From assembly GCA_963667015.2 (NCBI GenBank), contig CAXXJJ010000004.1:3136001-3200000 (forward strand): a stretch of 64,000 nucleotides of DNA, given 5' to 3'. A program made the translations under genes and the position numbers. The notes under the pieces are model-generated. The model searched no databases. It saw only the letters and a program-made list of their open reading frames with translations, and was not told the origin of the DNA. Of the stretch, positions 29,502-39,497 are shown piece by piece. Position 1 is the first letter of the stretch, and the number at the start of each line of letters is the position of its first letter. The stretch comes from Desulfatiglandales bacterium (GTDB lineage: Bacteria; Desulfobacterota; DSM-4660; Desulfatiglandales; HGW-15).

Positions 29502-29537
29502 AAAAAGGGGTATCCTTAAATGAGAGCCCCTTTTTTT
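29502..29537. terminator. Intrinsic terminator
   Basis: AAAAAGGGG...CCCCTTTTTTT. Confidence 0.7.
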
Positions 29538-29650
29538 AATAATAATCCTATTCTGCGATCAATACCCCATCCGCCTGTTGAAAGGAATAAGAAATTCCGG
29601 CTTTCCGGGCCATGGGGTTTCCTCTGGTTCTACAAAAAAGGGAGCAGGTT

Positions 29651-29809
29651 TTATTTTTTATCGATTGTAATAAATATCTCTTCTGTATCACCTGCAAACC
29701 ATTTCTGAAAATAGATGGTTCCGATTACCGGAGCCTTTCCCTCCTCCGGCACTTCCCTGAACCTGACACTATGTTTGGTTTCCTTCTCTCTTTCGAAACA
29801 TACTTTCAT
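29651..29809 (-). CDS. 52-aa small protein not in the ORF track
   Basis: MKVCFEREKETKHSVRFREVPEEGKAPVIGTIYFQKWFAGDTEEIFITIDKK; starts 21 nt after the cupin gene stop. Confidence 0.7.
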   Translation of the reverse strand: MKVCFEREKETKHSVRFREVPEEGKAPVIGTIYFQKWFAGDTEEIFITIDKK

Positions 29810-29830
29810 TATTTACCCCATAAACGAGAT

Positions 29831-30274
29831 TTACTTATTTTCCGTTTTTTCAAGACTGTATGTTCCGTCATTGACAACGCTGAAATGAAAGATCGGCCTG
29901 TCAACGCGTTTAAGTATAATGGGACAATGCACCATATTGGCAGGCACAAAAATCATGGTGCTCTTAGTGAGAATAAACATCTCATCTTCAAGCCAGAGTT
30001 CAATCTCGGCGTTCAGGTTATTGGGCTCATCCGGATTGGAGCCAAAAAAACCGATAATTTCAGGCACTGTATGTTTATGCGGATATCCCAGGTGTTCGGA
30101 ATCCGGTTTATTGTACCAGGAGCAGTTCATCTGGAACGCGCCCGGGACAACATTTTTATCCATCCATAAAATTCTTGTTGCGAACTCCGAATAACTGGCA
30201 ACCATCTCAGGAGGGAATTCCGGTGTCTGCAGCTCTGTGACTATATATTTGGCATTTTTCAATTCTTTATCCAT
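29831..30274 (-). CDS. Cupin-like hypothetical protein
   Basis: PHKHTVPEIIGFFGSNP..LNAEIELWL..FVPANMVHCP; GGAGG RBS. Confidence 0.8.
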   Translation of the reverse strand: MDKELKNAKYIVTELQTPEFPPEMVASYSEFATRILWMDKNVVPGAFQMNCSWYNKPDSEHLGYPHKHTVPEIIGFFGSNPDEPNNLNAEIELWLEDEMFILTKSTMIFVPANMVHCPIILKRVDRPIFHFSVVNDGTYSLEKTENK

Positions 30275-30383
30275 GGTTTTTTCCTCCAGTATTATTTATA
30301 GTGATTAATTAAATCAGGTATAAAGGTATGTAACTCAATATTCAGGATTTATCCAGTTAAAGATTTTCAAAACCAATTATATC

Positions 30384-30411
30384 GGATTCTGGCTCCTGAC
30401 TCCTGAATTCT
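30384..30411. repeat. Degenerate heptamer tandem repeat x4
   Basis: GGATTCT GGCTCCT GACTCCT GAATTCT. Confidence 0.6.
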
Positions 30412-30479
30412 TTCTCCTGTTTCATCTTCCCTGTTTTCTCCAATTGACTTGTCAGAATTCCAAGGGTAAAAAGCTTATC

Positions 30480-31769
30480 ATGAACTATAAAAATCTTCCA
30501 TACATGCTTTATGCTGATAAACATGGCAATATATATGATCATCCCTTCTACCGGGTGGCCGGATTTTCAGGGAAAAACCTGTCTGAAATATCAAAGGGCG
30601 ACCTTATCCCAATGCCGGAATTCAGCAAGCTTTTTTATTTCCCGGGATGCGCCCCTGTTGGAATAAATCCGGATACAGGAAAGGCCGAGATTATAAGAGA
30701 GGTAAAAACAGGCAGAAAAACCCAGAAGTGCTTTGCAGTAGCAGCCTTTCTTGAACCAGGCTTTGTCAGAAGTCACCTCCCTGCAGTGGACTACAGCACA
30801 AAGGATTATACCCTTCCCATGTGGGGATATACGGCTGTTGGTTTTAGCGATGAAGAGTATCAGGTAACCGGATTCAGGATAGAGTACAATCACAGATGGG
30901 ACCCTGCCAATTATGATGATACATACCTTATAGAGGCCATAGACCGGTATCAGGGCAAATGTTCGGATACGCCCCTGGTGAATCACCTGGTTGACTGTGC
31001 GGCAAATAACCACTGCTTTGCGGCAAAAAACCTTTTCATGGGAAGATGGGAAGCCCCTTTACCCGTCAGCCGAAGCTGTAATGCAAGCTGCCTTGGATGC
31101 CTGAGTCTTCAGGAGGATGATATAACCAGATCATCGCATTTCAGGATATCATTTACTCCAAAAATCGATGAAATAGTCACGGTTGCAGTGAATCACCTGG
31201 AACGCGCCGAGGATGCAATAGTCAGCTTCGGGCAGGGATGTGAAGGAGAACCCCTTACTGAATACAGCCTGATAAGGGACAGTATAAAGGAGATAAGGAG
31301 ACAGACAGATAAGGGCACTGTTAACCTGAACACAAACGGAAGCTGGCCGGAACGTGTCAGGGAGATTGCAGAAGCCGGGCTTGATTCAATAAGGATAAGC
31401 CTTAACAGTGCAAGAAAACCCTTTTACAATGCATATTACCGCCCAAGGGGATATGTGTTTGAGGATGTACTGAAATCAATAAAGACAGCCACAGATATGG
31501 GACTTTATACCATGATCAACTACCTTGTCTTTCCGGGAGTTTCTGATCAGGAAGATGAAATCGAGGCACTGGGAGAATTAATAAGAAATACCGGTCTCAA
31601 TTTTATCCATTTCAAAAATCTCAATATAGACCCGGAGCTCTACCTGAATAAAATGCCCCTCACCGATTCACCGGCAAGGGGCATGAAAAAGATGTCAGAA
31701 ATAATCAAGAAAGAATATCCGAATGTAAAGCTTGGTTATTTTAATCAAGCAGTGGAAAGAAAAAGCTAA
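30480..31769 (+). CDS. Radical SAM protein of unknown function
   Basis: CNASCLGC motif, SFGQGCEGEP, NLNTNGS, DSIRISLNS. Confidence 0.88.
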   Translation: MNYKNLPYMLYADKHGNIYDHPFYRVAGFSGKNLSEISKGDLIPMPEFSKLFYFPGCAPVGINPDTGKAEIIREVKTGRKTQKCFAVAAFLEPGFVRSHLPAVDYSTKDYTLPMWGYTAVGFSDEEYQVTGFRIEYNHRWDPANYDDTYLIEAIDRYQGKCSDTPLVNHLVDCAANNHCFAAKNLFMGRWEAPLPVSRSCNASCLGCLSLQEDDITRSSHFRISFTPKIDEIVTVAVNHLERAEDAIVSFGQGCEGEPLTEYSLIRDSIKEIRRQTDKGTVNLNTNGSWPERVREIAEAGLDSIRISLNSARKPFYNAYYRPRGYVFEDVLKSIKTATDMGLYTMINYLVFPGVSDQEDEIEALGELIRNTGLNFIHFKNLNIDPELYLNKMPLTDSPARGMKKMSEIIKKEYPNVKLGYFNQAVERKS

Positions 31770-31781
31770 AAAACAAAACTG

Positions 31782-31869
31782 AACCGCAAAGACGCCAAGA
31801 CCGCTAAGGAAAACAATTATTTTTTTAATAAAAAACGAAATACTTTGCGTCCTTTGCGCCTTAGCGGTT
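31782..31869. repeat. Imperfect inverted repeat built from CGCAAAG-like units
   Basis: AACCGCAAAGACGCCAAGACCGCTAAG ... CTTTGCGTCCTTTGCGCCTTAGCGGTT, between convergent genes. Confidence 0.8.
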
Positions 31870-31876
31870 TAATCTT

Positions 31877-33166
31877 TTAGCTTTTGTTTTCTCTCTGAAC
31901 CGCACGATAACCGATGTCATTCCGGAAATATACACTGTCCCATTTTATTTTCTTAACAAGCTCATAGGCCTTTTTCTGGGCCTCACCCACATTGCTGCCA
32001 AGGGCTGTAACACAAAGCACCCTTCCCCCGGACGTCACAACATTCCCGTCCTTCATGGCACTGCCTGCATGAAACACCTTGAGATCATCCGCCTCGCCTT
32101 CGGGAAGCCCGGTAATAACATCTCCTTTATTATATTTTTCAGGATATCCACCGGCAGCCATTACAACGCCAAGTGATGCCCTCTCATCCCATTCAGCATC
32201 TACCTGGTCGAGACGCCCGTCAATTGCAGCCAGGCACAGCTCTACAAGATCAGACTTAAGCCTCAAAAGAACAGGCTGCGTTTCAGGATCCCCAAACCGG
32301 CAGTTATATTCCAGAACGCTCGGGGTCCCGTCTTCAAGCACCATGAGTCCTGCATATAAAAACCCTGTGTATGGACAGCCTTCGTCAGCCATTCCCTTAA
32401 CCGTAGGCTCAATAACTTCCTTCATTGCTCTTTCATAGATTTCATCGGTCAATACAGGTGCAGGACTATATGCACCCATTCCCCCGGTATTAGGCCCTGT
32501 GTCACCGTCGTACACGGCCTTGTGGTCCTGAGATGTTGCAAGAGGTAATATATTCTTCCCATCCACTATAACAATAAAGCTTGCCTCTTCACCCTTAAGG
32601 CATTCCTCAACAATTACCCGTTTACCGGCTTCACCAAAGGAACTGCCGGACAGCATGTCCACTGTGGCATCAATGGCCCCATCATGGGTATGGGCAATAA
32701 TTACACCCTTCCCTGCGGCAAGGCCGTCAGCTTTTATAACTACAGGGAGTTTATGAGACATGATATATTCCCTGGCAGGTTCAAGCTCGGTAAACACCTT
32801 ATATTCTGCGGTCGGTATATTATGTCTCCTGAGAAAATCCTTGGTAAAAACCTTTGACCCCTCAAGTCTCGCACCATCCTTAACAGGCCCAAAACATTTA
32901 AGACCTGAATCTTTAAATGCATCAACAATACCATCTACAAGCGGGGCTTCCGGGCCTATAATTGTCAGTTCTATGCCCTCTTTCTTGGCAAATTCAACAA
33001 GGGCATCAATATTTTCAGCCTTGATATCAATATTTTCAATAGCAGGTTCAAGAAAGGTTCCTGCATTTCCTGGTGCCACATAAACCTTCTCAACACTGGC
33101 AGATTTTGCAGCCTTCCATGCAAGGGCATGTTCCCGACCGCCGCTCCCTACGATCAATATTTTCAT
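31877..33166 (-). CDS. purD: Phosphoribosylamine--glycine ligase
   Basis: MKILIVGSGGREHALAW, APGNAG, KADGLAAGKGV, GPNTGGMGAYSP, RFGDPETQ. Confidence 0.98.
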   Translation of the reverse strand: MKILIVGSGGREHALAWKAAKSASVEKVYVAPGNAGTFLEPAIENIDIKAENIDALVEFAKKEGIELTIIGPEAPLVDGIVDAFKDSGLKCFGPVKDGARLEGSKVFTKDFLRRHNIPTAEYKVFTELEPAREYIMSHKLPVVIKADGLAAGKGVIIAHTHDGAIDATVDMLSGSSFGEAGKRVIVEECLKGEEASFIVIVDGKNILPLATSQDHKAVYDGDTGPNTGGMGAYSPAPVLTDEIYERAMKEVIEPTVKGMADEGCPYTGFLYAGLMVLEDGTPSVLEYNCRFGDPETQPVLLRLKSDLVELCLAAIDGRLDQVDAEWDERASLGVVMAAGGYPEKYNKGDVITGLPEGEADDLKVFHAGSAMKDGNVVTSGGRVLCVTALGSNVGEAQKKAYELVKKIKWDSVYFRNDIGYRAVQRENKS

Positions 33167-33197
33167 AGTTTCACCTCTGATATGAATATTGCGGTGG

Positions 33198-33226
33198 AGT
33201 ATAGGAGACTGGTTATCCCATGTCAA
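33198..33226 (-). promoter_or_regulatory. Sigma70-type promoter of purD
   Basis: TTGACA-N17-TATACT. Confidence 0.75.
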
Positions 33227-33371
33227 CAAGAAGGGGCATTGGGAATTTTTTATTGTAAATATAAGGATTTTAGGCTTTAATACAGCGATATTATTTTAAT
33301 TTTCTACAGGGGAAAGATTCATAACATACTTTCACTTTTACAGCAGTTCAGGCTGTTTAACGGGGGATAAA

Positions 33372-34106
33372 ATGAAGTTTGCGTATACCATGCTGTCTAT
33401 TCTGGTAGCGCTGTTTCTTATATCAGGATGCTCAGAAGAAAAACCCGAGACTCATGAAAGCAAAAATATTGTAAGAAAGATTATTAAAAAACCGGTCAAG
33501 AAAACGGATGAGTGGGAAGAAACAAAAAAAGAAATAGCGGATATTGTTAATAAAGATATTGACCGAAGGATTGAACAGGAGACAGTTAAAGAAGAACCCC
33601 TTCCTGCTGAGCAGGGTATATATATTACAAAACAGGGCGACACACTCTCGGATATTGCAGCAAAGGCAGATATATATAACAATCCTTTGAAATGGCCTTT
33701 CCTTTACAGGGATAACCCGGTGGCTTTTTCCCAAATGAAGGATAAAGAGAATTTCTTTAAGGCAGGCCTTCCTGCCGGTATAGAATTAAAAATAATCCCA
33801 GAAGAGGACGTACAGAAAAATCTTGAAGACAGGGCTGGCTATTATTATGTAGCCAATATCATCTCTTCTCCATATATGAAGGAAATCTCTCTCCAGGTTG
33901 TAAAACTTATAGATGCTGGATATCCTGTTTATATTACCAGCACAATGATAGACGGCAGGGAATGGTATCGAATAAGGGCAGGATTCTACAGGACCCGTTC
34001 AGAGGCAAGCAGAGAGGGGGATAGAATCAAAGCCGATCTAAAGATTCCTGATATCTGGACAGTAAAAATCGGAAATGAGGAATTCCATGATTTCGGAGGA
34101 TATTAA
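33372..34106 (+). CDS. Lipoprotein with LysM-like and SPOR domains
   Basis: Lipobox ISGC; YITKQGDTLSDIA..W..LY..N; WYRIRAGFY.TR.EA. Confidence 0.8.
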   Translation: MKFAYTMLSILVALFLISGCSEEKPETHESKNIVRKIIKKPVKKTDEWEETKKEIADIVNKDIDRRIEQETVKEEPLPAEQGIYITKQGDTLSDIAAKADIYNNPLKWPFLYRDNPVAFSQMKDKENFFKAGLPAGIELKIIPEEDVQKNLEDRAGYYYVANIISSPYMKEISLQVVKLIDAGYPVYITSTMIDGREWYRIRAGFYRTRSEASREGDRIKADLKIPDIWTVKIGNEEFHDFGGY

Positions 34107-34118
34107 AGAAATAGAACC

Positions 34119-35315
34119 ATGGAAAAAAGCAAAATTATAATAGGTGTTACAGGCGGTATCGCAGCCTACAAGATCCCCGAACTTGTGAGGATACTCATGA
34201 AGGCGGGACATGATATCAGAGTGGCGATGACTGAAAATGCAACCAGGTTCATCGCTCCCCTTACATTTGAGGCGCTCTCAAAAAATAGGGTTATTACAGG
34301 CATGTTCGATAAAAATGCAGATCCGCTTGCCCATATCTCCTGGGGTCAGGAATCCGATCTTATTATCATTGCGCCGGCAACCGCCAACTTTATTGCAAAG
34401 GCAGCACATGGCATAGCCGATGATTTCTTAAGCACCATGGTTCTTGCTGCTACTGCGCCTGTACTTATATGCCCTGCAATGAACAGTGAAATGTATGTAA
34501 ACAGCATCACACAGGAAAACATAAAAAAGCTGGCAGATCAGGGGTGTATTATCATGACTCCCGGAGAAGGGGAACTGGCATGCAATACCACCGGACCCGG
34601 AAGACTCCCGGAACCTGCGGAGATCGCAGAACAGGCGTTTCTTATGATCTCAAGGCAGGATCTTTCTGGTTTAAAAATAATGGTTACAGCCGGTCCGACC
34701 GTGGAAGCAATTGATCCGGTAAGATACATAACCAACAGGTCATCCGGGAAGATGGGTTATGCCATTGCCAGGGCCGCGGTCATGAGAGGAGCAAACGTGA
34801 CACTGATAAGCGGGCCCACAGCCCTTACCCCGCCGGCAGGATCAATCACCATAAAGGTTAAGACAGCCGAAGAAATGAAAAATGCGGTCTTTGAAAATCA
34901 TGAAAAGATGGATGTGATTATCAAGGCCGCTGCTGTTGCCGACTATCGCCCTTCTCAAAGCGCTGATCAGAAAATCAAAAAAACCAGAGACGACATGCAC
35001 ATAGACCTGGTTAAAAATCCGGATATCCTGTCCGAACTCGGAAAGGCAGCCTCCAAACCCGGACGGGTACTGGTTGGATTTGCCGCTGAAACCGAAAATG
35101 TGTTCGATAATGCAAAAGAAAAGATTACCAGGAAAAACCTCGATATGATCGTTGTAAACGATGTCTCAAAAAAGGATGCGGGTTTTGATGTTGATACAAA
35201 CAGAGTAACCTTTATCTCCAGAGACGGTTCAAACGAGGAATTACCTCTTTTAACAAAAGAGGAGGTGGCAGATCGTCTTCTTGATAAAATCAAATCAATC
35301 AGGGAAAGTGTTTAA
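34119..35315 (+). CDS. coaBC: Bifunctional PPC decarboxylase/synthetase
   Basis: GVTGGIAAYK, APATAN, PAMN, TAGPT.E.IDPVRYITNRSSGKMG, GFAAET. Confidence 0.97.
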   Translation: MEKSKIIIGVTGGIAAYKIPELVRILMKAGHDIRVAMTENATRFIAPLTFEALSKNRVITGMFDKNADPLAHISWGQESDLIIIAPATANFIAKAAHGIADDFLSTMVLAATAPVLICPAMNSEMYVNSITQENIKKLADQGCIIMTPGEGELACNTTGPGRLPEPAEIAEQAFLMISRQDLSGLKIMVTAGPTVEAIDPVRYITNRSSGKMGYAIARAAVMRGANVTLISGPTALTPPAGSITIKVKTAEEMKNAVFENHEKMDVIIKAAAVADYRPSQSADQKIKKTRDDMHIDLVKNPDILSELGKAASKPGRVLVGFAAETENVFDNAKEKITRKNLDMIVVNDVSKKDAGFDVDTNRVTFISRDGSNEELPLLTKEEVADRLLDKIKSIRESV

Positions 35316-36049
35316 TGAGCTACGTTTCCGAGTTTAGACAGATCATCAGCCAGACAAAAAAAATCCTTGATGCTGAGAAGGATTCAGGAATTGAACTGCC
35401 GCCTATTAAAGAACCTGAGGCTGAAGTTGAATACACAAAGGCCGCGATTGACTCTTCCCCGGCACCTGCAAAACTGTCGGATTTAAGGGCAGAACTTGGA
35501 GACTGCACACGCTGCAAACTTTGTAACGGAAGAAAGAACATAGTTTTCGGTGAAGGGGCTGAAAATGCCAGGCTTATGTTTATAGGAGAAGGTCCGGGAG
35601 AGGATGAGGACATTGCAGGCCGCCCATTTGTAGGCAAGGCGGGCGAACTCCTGACAAGCATAATAGAAAACGGCATAAAAATAAAAAGGGAAGAAGTATA
35701 TATCTGTAATATAGTAAAGTGCCGCCCTCCGGCAAACAGGGACCCTGAAAAAGAGGAAATTAATACATGCATTCCCTTCCTGAAAAAGCAGATCGAGATA
35801 ATCAAACCCAGGGTTATATGCACACTCGGGAGGATAGCGGCAAGAGAGCTGTTGAAACGGGATTTCAAGATTACCATGGAAAGAGGACGATGGCAGACAT
35901 ACCTCAATATACCGCTTATGCCCACCTACCATCCTGCCTATATCCTCAGAAATCAGGGTAATGAAAGAAAATTGAAAGGAGAAGTCTGGCAGGATATCCA
36001 AAAAATAATGTCTTTGCTTGGAATTGAGGTCAAAAAAAATGACGGATAA
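35315..36049 (+). CDS. udg: Family-4 uracil-DNA glycosylase
   Basis: CTRCKLC, FIGEGPG, PFVG.AG, KCRPP.NR.P, TYHPAY. Confidence 0.95.
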   Translation: MSYVSEFRQIISQTKKILDAEKDSGIELPPIKEPEAEVEYTKAAIDSSPAPAKLSDLRAELGDCTRCKLCNGRKNIVFGEGAENARLMFIGEGPGEDEDIAGRPFVGKAGELLTSIIENGIKIKREEVYICNIVKCRPPANRDPEKEEINTCIPFLKKQIEIIKPRVICTLGRIAARELLKRDFKITMERGRWQTYLNIPLMPTYHPAYILRNQGNERKLKGEVWQDIQKIMSLLGIEVKKNDG

Positions 36050-37328
36050 AAAACTTACTAAGTTTTCTTTAATTGTCATTCCATTTCTTCTGTTTACTTT
36101 CCTGATTACTCCCTCCGCCTGGTCCAATGAGAGAAACGCCCTTGTAATTGAACTTGACGGACCTGTAAGCTCGGGGTCCGCGGCCTTTCTGGCCAGGGGC
36201 ATGAAAAGAGCGGAAGAGAATGGTTCTGCGATGGTGATTGTCCGAATGGATACACCCGGAGGTCTTGGCATTTCAATGAAGACAATGGCTAAAACCATAC
36301 TGAACTCACCTGTTCCGGTTATCGTCTATATAGCTCCCAGAGGTGCAAGCGCTTCCTCGGCAGGTGTAATAATAACCATATCCGCCCATATTGCTGCAAT
36401 GGCGCCGGGAACAAATATCGGTGCCGCTCACCCGGTGCAATCCGACGGCTCCGACATAAACAAGACCATGGAAACCAAGGTTGTAAATGATATGGTATCC
36501 TATGCCAGGAGCATAGCGGACATGAAAGGCAGGAATACCCAATGGGTGGAACAGGCCATAAGGGAGAGTGTATCCATAACCGCTGAGGAAGCCGTAGAAA
36601 AAAAGGTAATAGACCTGATTGCCCCGGACATGGAAGAACTGCTTAAAGTCATTAACGGGAGAGAAGTTGAAACAAAAAGCGGGAAGATCATAATAAACTC
36701 CAAAGATATCGAACTGGACTACTTCTCTCCCAGAAAAATAGATGAATTTCTGATGCTGATCAGTGACCCGACTGTCATGGCAATACTTTTCAGTATAGGT
36801 CTCCTTGGTCTCGGATTTGAGATAACACATCCCGGAGGAATGTTTCCGGGGATTATCGGCGCCATATCTCTGATACTTGCCTTCTTTTCCATGCAGACAC
36901 TTCCGGTGAGTTATGCGGGACTCCTTTTAATAGGCCTTGCTGTCATCCTGTTCATAGCGGAGATCAAGATCACCAGCTACGGCTTCCTTTCCCTGGGAGG
37001 CATTATCTGCCTGATACTCGGGAGCATGATGTTCTTTGATGAACTTGGTCTGAATCTTCTTATGGCAGTCCCTTTTATAATTGTAGTTGGGGGCTTTTTT
37101 ATCGTTATTGCCATTCTTGCATACCGATCCCAGGCTTCACGTCCAATGGGAGGGACAGACAGCATGATTCAAGAGACTGGCATAGTAAAAAAGACCATAG
37201 AAAAAGAAGGTCTGGTTTTTGTTCATGGCGAATACTGGCGCGCCATAAGTGATGAAGTAATTGAGGTGGAGGAAAAGGTTAAGGTTATTGGAATGGAAGG
37301 CCTGATTTTAAAGGTAAAAAAAGTTTAA
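36039..37328 (+). CDS. nfeD: NfeD family membrane serine protease
   Basis: [27 protein letters not shown] region, C-terminal [14 protein letters not shown] fold. Confidence 0.93.
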   Translation: MTDKKLTKFSLIVIPFLLFTFLITPSAWSNERNALVIELDGPVSSGSAAFLARGMKRAEENGSAMVIVRMDTPGGLGISMKTMAKTILNSPVPVIVYIAPRGASASSAGVIITISAHIAAMAPGTNIGAAHPVQSDGSDINKTMETKVVNDMVSYARSIADMKGRNTQWVEQAIRESVSITAEEAVEKKVIDLIAPDMEELLKVINGREVETKSGKIIINSKDIELDYFSPRKIDEFLMLISDPTVMAILFSIGLLGLGFEITHPGGMFPGIIGAISLILAFFSMQTLPVSYAGLLLIGLAVILFIAEIKITSYGFLSLGGIICLILGSMMFFDELGLNLLMAVPFIIVVGGFFIVIAILAYRSQASRPMGGTDSMIQETGIVKKTIEKEGLVFVHGEYWRAISDEVIEVEEKVKVIGMEGLILKVKKV

Positions 37329-37345
37329 ACCCCGGAGGACAAAAA

Positions 37346-38092
37346 ATGATTAATCCTTTTATAATTCTGATTATTTTTCTTGTGCTTGCGTTTTTATGGT
37401 CTGCAATCAAAATCCTAAAGGAATATGAAAGAGGTGTTATATTCCGGCTGGGCAGGGTCATTAAAACAAAGGGCCCCGGTATAATTATCCTGATCCCGGT
37501 AATTGATAAAATGGTCAAGGTAAGTCTCAGGCTTGTCACCATGGATGTACCGTCCCAGGATGTCATCACCAAAGACAATGTATCGGTTAAGGTGAACGCG
37601 GTCGTCTATTTCAGGGTTATGGATCCTACAAACGCAATTATCGAGGTTGAAAATTTTCTCTTTGCAACCTCCCAGCTTGCACAAACCACCCTGAGAAGCG
37701 TATGCGGTCAGATCGAGCTGGATGATCTGCTCTCTGAACGGGAAAAGATCAATACTGAACTTCAGAGTATACTTGATAAGCATACAGATCCATGGGGGAT
37801 AAAGGTATCCAATGTTGAAGTAAAGCATATCGACCTGCCTCAGGAAATGCAGAGGGCAATGGCAAAACAGGCAGAGGCGGAAAGGGAAAGAAGGGCAAAG
37901 ATAATCAATGCCGAAGGAGAATACCAGGCTGCAGATCGCCTTGCCGAGGCCGCAGACATCATTTCAAAACACCCTGAGGCACTGCAGTTGAGATACCTCC
38001 AGACACTCAAGGAAATATCAGCGGAAAACAATTCAACTACCCTTTTTCCTATTCCCATAGATCTTTTTAAATTATTTGTAAAAAAAGATTAG
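37346..38092 (+). CDS. SPFH/stomatin (slipin) family protein
   Basis: [49 protein letters not shown]. Confidence 0.96.
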   Translation: MINPFIILIIFLVLAFLWSAIKILKEYERGVIFRLGRVIKTKGPGIIILIPVIDKMVKVSLRLVTMDVPSQDVITKDNVSVKVNAVVYFRVMDPTNAIIEVENFLFATSQLAQTTLRSVCGQIELDDLLSEREKINTELQSILDKHTDPWGIKVSNVEVKHIDLPQEMQRAMAKQAEAERERRAKIINAEGEYQAADRLAEAADIISKHPEALQLRYLQTLKEISAENNSTTLFPIPIDLFKLFVKKD

Positions 38093-38203
38093 GGTATTGA
38101 AATACTTGAAATTATAATGTAATATGGGTCGTTTAATTTTATGGCGATTTTGCTTAAAAGGGGTATAACCCTGAAAATAAATATAAAGGAGTATTAGTTT
38201 ACA

Positions 38204-38605
38204 ATGGAAGAAGAGACCAAAACAGAAGAAATCCAGGATGAGGAAGTAAAGGAAGAGGCGGCAGCAGAAGCAACAGATGCTGTCCCCGAAGCGCCTGAAG
38301 AAGAAAAACCCCTTGAGAAGATGACTGCTCCTGAACTCAAGGAAGTTGCAGGCAAGATCCCGGGTGTAACCGGTGTTACAGCCATGAAAAAGGAAGAACT
38401 TATTGCCCTTATCAAGGAATACAGGGGAATTGTGGATGATGAACCCAAAAAGGCTGAAGCAACTAAAATAGGTGGATTAAAGAAAAAAATAGTTGATCTT
38501 AAGGCTGCAAAGGCTGAAGCACAGGAAGCAAAAAATAAAAAAGAGGTTGATGTCCTGAGGCGCAGAATCAACAGACTTAAAAAGATGACAAGAAAAGCAG
38601 GTTAA
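38204..38605 (+). CDS. Rho N-terminal domain-like protein (no ATPase domain)
   Basis: Acidic N-terminus, LEKMTAPELKEVA..G.T.MKKEELI motif, basic coiled-coil C-terminus. Confidence 0.75.
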   Translation: MEEETKTEEIQDEEVKEEAAAEATDAVPEAPEEEKPLEKMTAPELKEVAGKIPGVTGVTAMKKEELIALIKEYRGIVDDEPKKAEATKIGGLKKKIVDLKAAKAEAQEAKNKKEVDVLRRRINRLKKMTRKAG

Positions 38606-38687
38606 TTTATATATTTTATCGGCTGAAGATGCCATATAAACCAATGGGTAACATTTTGATCTTTTCAGCCGTGAAAACTGTTTTCAG

Positions 38688-38737
38688 AAAAAGCAGGTCT
38701 TCAGGAGGAATAATCCCTGTACCTGCTTTTTTGTTTT
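38688..38737 (+). terminator. Intrinsic terminator
   Basis: AAAAAGCAGGT...ACCTGCTTTTTT. Confidence 0.8.
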
Positions 38738-38762
38738 CATTAATATTCACCAGTGAACGGGT

Positions 38763-39455
38763 ATGAGAACCATTGCTATAATTCCAGCAGCCGGTTTCGG
38801 TGCCAGGATGAAGGCCGAAATTCCCAAACAGTTTCTAAAACTTGATGGAAAGCCTATTCTTGCTGTGACCCTGGAAAAATTCAACCGCTGCCCTCTTGTT
38901 GATGGAATAATCCTTGTTGTGCCTGCTGAAGAGGTGGATTTCTGTAATAGAGAGATTGTGGAAAAATACAATCTCAGCAAGGTATTAAAGGTAACTGCCG
39001 GAGGGAAAAGGCGGCAGGATTCAGTAAGGGCAGGAATTGAAGCCATTGAATCCGGATGCGACTGTGTTCTTATTCATGACGGCGTCAGACCCTTTGTAAG
39101 CCTTGAAACTATCGAATCCGCAATTGAGGCGATGAAAGATGAAAGGGCAGTAATTATAGCAGTCCCAGCAAAGGACACTGTAAAAAGGGTAAATGAAGAA
39201 GGTTATGTAGCAAAAACCTACGAAAGAAGGCTCCTCTGGCTCATTCAGACACCCCAGGTATTCAGGTATGATGACATTTTGAATGCACACATAAAGGCAG
39301 AACAGGAAGGATGGGATGAGGTGACCGATGATGCAATGCTCATGGAAAAGCTCGGCATCCCTGTGAAGGTTGTGCAGGGGGCAGAGGAAAACATTAAAGT
39401 AACGACTCCTCATGATCTTGAGTATGCTGGGTTTTTATTGGATAATGGTAAATAG
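38763..39455 (+). CDS. ispD: 2-C-methyl-D-erythritol 4-phosphate cytidylyltransferase
   Basis: PAAG.G.RM...PKQFL, GG.RRQDSV, IHDGVRP, QTPQ, TDD, NIKVTTP.DL. Confidence 0.97.
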   Translation: MRTIAIIPAAGFGARMKAEIPKQFLKLDGKPILAVTLEKFNRCPLVDGIILVVPAEEVDFCNREIVEKYNLSKVLKVTAGGKRRQDSVRAGIEAIESGCDCVLIHDGVRPFVSLETIESAIEAMKDERAVIIAVPAKDTVKRVNEEGYVAKTYERRLLWLIQTPQVFRYDDILNAHIKAEQEGWDEVTDDAMLMEKLGIPVKVVQGAEENIKVTTPHDLEYAGFLLDNGK

Positions 39456-39497
39456 GTGTGCAGTGAAATGTGAATACAGGGTTCAGACAAAGAAAAC

